Assembly (NCBI GenBank): GCA_964345695.1
Contig: CAYFSC010000004.1
Span: forward strand, 1-36,603
DNA: 36,603 nucleotides
Source: an uncultured Rhodothermales bacterium
GTDB lineage: Bacteria; Bacteroidota; Rhodothermia; Rhodothermales; Salinibacteraceae
Direction: 5' to 3'
Shown in pieces: positions 35,658-36,603 of this stretch. The notes beneath the pieces were generated by a model, which worked only from the letters and a program-made list of their open reading frames with translations, did no database searches and was not told the origin of the DNA. The position numbers and the translations under genes are program-made. Each line of letters begins with the position of its first letter. The stretch's first letter is position 1.

Positions 35658-36326
35658 ATGCGCCGCATTGTTGAGATGATGCTTCGGTGGAGCCTGCGCC
35701 GCTCCTTCCGGCGCGTGCGCTGGGTGGGACCCTGGCCGCCCCCTTTGCCCGACGGTCCAGTCATCGCGTACACCAATCACCACCACTTTTATGACGGACA
35801 TCTGGCCTGGCTCGTTTGCACCGACCGCCTGAACCGGCCCTCTACGCTCTGGATGCAGGATTGGGATGCTTTCCCATTTTTTGCTCCCGTGGGCGTGCAG
35901 CCGTTCCCGCCCGACGACCCCGCCCGCCGTGCCGCCACGATGCGCCGCACCGCGCGGTGGTTTCGGGAGCGCCCAGCGACGGTGCTTGTCTACTTCCCCG
36001 GCGGCACCCTGCGCCCGCCCGAGCAGGGCATCACGTTTTCAGGCGCAGACACGCAGCGGCTGGCTCGGCTCTTTCCCGACGCCACCTGGTGGCCGCTCGC
36101 CATTCATGTGACGTGGCGCGGGGCGTCGGCCCCTACGGCACTGCTGTCCGGCGGGCGTCCCCACCAGGCCGATGGCTCGGAGCCTGAGCGTCTGCGTGCA
36201 GTATGGCAAACGCTCCGCACGTCCGTCCCCGATACCCCGCGGACGCTGCTGGAAGGACGGCGGAGTGCCTCTGAGATCTGGAATTTCTCCTTCCTCGCTC
36301 CGTTCTTCGAGCGGTATCTGCAGTGA
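35658..36326 (+). CDS. PlsC/lysophospholipid-acyltransferase-like protein (candidate carotenoid-glycoside acyltransferase, CruD-like)
   Basis: Track ORF 35523 overlaps crtB, so it is trimmed to Met46 (MRRIVEMM..). NHX4D motif (YTNHHHFYDG) and an FPEGT-like motif (VYFPGGTLRP). Confidence 0.65.
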   Translation: MRRIVEMMLRWSLRRSFRRVRWVGPWPPPLPDGPVIAYTNHHHFYDGHLAWLVCTDRLNRPSTLWMQDWDAFPFFAPVGVQPFPPDDPARRAATMRRTARWFRERPATVLVYFPGGTLRPPEQGITFSGADTQRLARLFPDATWWPLAIHVTWRGASAPTALLSGGRPHQADGSEPERLRAVWQTLRTSVPDTPRTLLEGRRSASEIWNFSFLAPFFERYLQ

Positions 36327-36488
36327 GCCCCGCGCGTTGATGGGTTCTGGCGGCCGCGTCCCTCCGCGTCCCGCAGAAGCCAACCCAACAACAACTCCCC
36401 CACCCGCCACGCGTGTTACCACGAGCAGGCCTGCCCTTCGGGCTCGTCGGGTCCCCTCACCATCCTCTTCAAGGATCGGTTCGCAATC

Positions 36489-36603
36489 ATGCTCTACATC
36501 TGCCTCCTTGTCGTGTCTCTCTCCCCGTTCGCTGATTCGGTTCAGGCCCTGTATGCGCGGCAAGATGCCGAAGAGTTGCGACAGCTTCTGGGGGCCGCGG
36601 AGA
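36489..36603 (+). CDS. 5' end of an unidentified secreted protein; continues beyond the right edge
   Basis: Not in the track because it is open at the edge. ATG at 36489 gives MLYICLLVVSLSPFADSVQA-LYARQDAEELRQLLGAAE (signal-peptide-like). It is the first start codon after the in-frame stop at 36324-36326. Confidence 0.35.
   Translation, partial: MLYICLLVVSLSPFADSVQALYARQDAEELRQLLGAAE

Noticed and set aside
1-36603. Search for CRISPR arrays, IS elements or transposases, integrases, phage genes, toxin-antitoxin or other defence modules, and rRNA/tRNA genes.
   Set aside because: I found none. There are no spaced direct-repeat arrays, no DDE/tyrosine-recombinase-like ORFs and no long terminal inverted repeats. 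RadC here sits in a housekeeping rho-radC-prmC context rather than a mobile or defence context.

Overview
Visibly high-G+C (not computed), densely coding chromosomal segment. The gene content (SusC/SusD pair, CruF-type carotenoid genes) and the very acidic predicted proteins suggest a halophilic Salinibacter/Rhodothermales-like member of the Bacteroidota-Rhodothermota lineage; this is inferred, not verified. I support about 35 protein genes. I saw no rRNA, tRNA, CRISPR array, transposase or integrase. Order, left to right: (1) a minus-strand polysaccharide-utilisation-like locus, LacI regulator -> SusC -> SusD -> CBM-like lipoprotein, the last running off the left edge; (2) housekeeping rho -> radC -> prmC; (3) an alpha/beta hydrolase plus a membrane-anchored MurF-like Mur ligase paralogue; (4) rnhB, aroK, truA, arginine deiminase, tadA, a trans-sulfuration PLP enzyme, an aldo-keto reductase, DinB/YfiT and small membrane proteins; (5) DsbD -> alpha/beta hydrolase -> TenA; (6) a ribosomal operon in which S6 and S18 form one continuous ORF, followed by L9; (7) a large secreted alpha/beta-hydrolase-like protein, a DapA-family lyase, dcd, an FGE-domain lipoprotein and WbqC; (8) a carotenoid cluster, cruF-crtB-PlsC-like acyltransferase. 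This is mostly core-genome sequence and I found no defence- or mobile-type novel system. The most unusual items are the in-frame S6::S18 fusion, the transmembrane MurF-like ligase, a Rho lacking the N-terminal helix bundle behind a long C-rich leader, cre-like palindromic operators upstream of the LacI gene, and a TenA/hydrolase pairing. Many long antisense ORFs in the track are high-GC shadow ORFs. Several track ORFs carry spurious N-terminal extensions, which I trimmed to internal ATGs by codon arithmetic.
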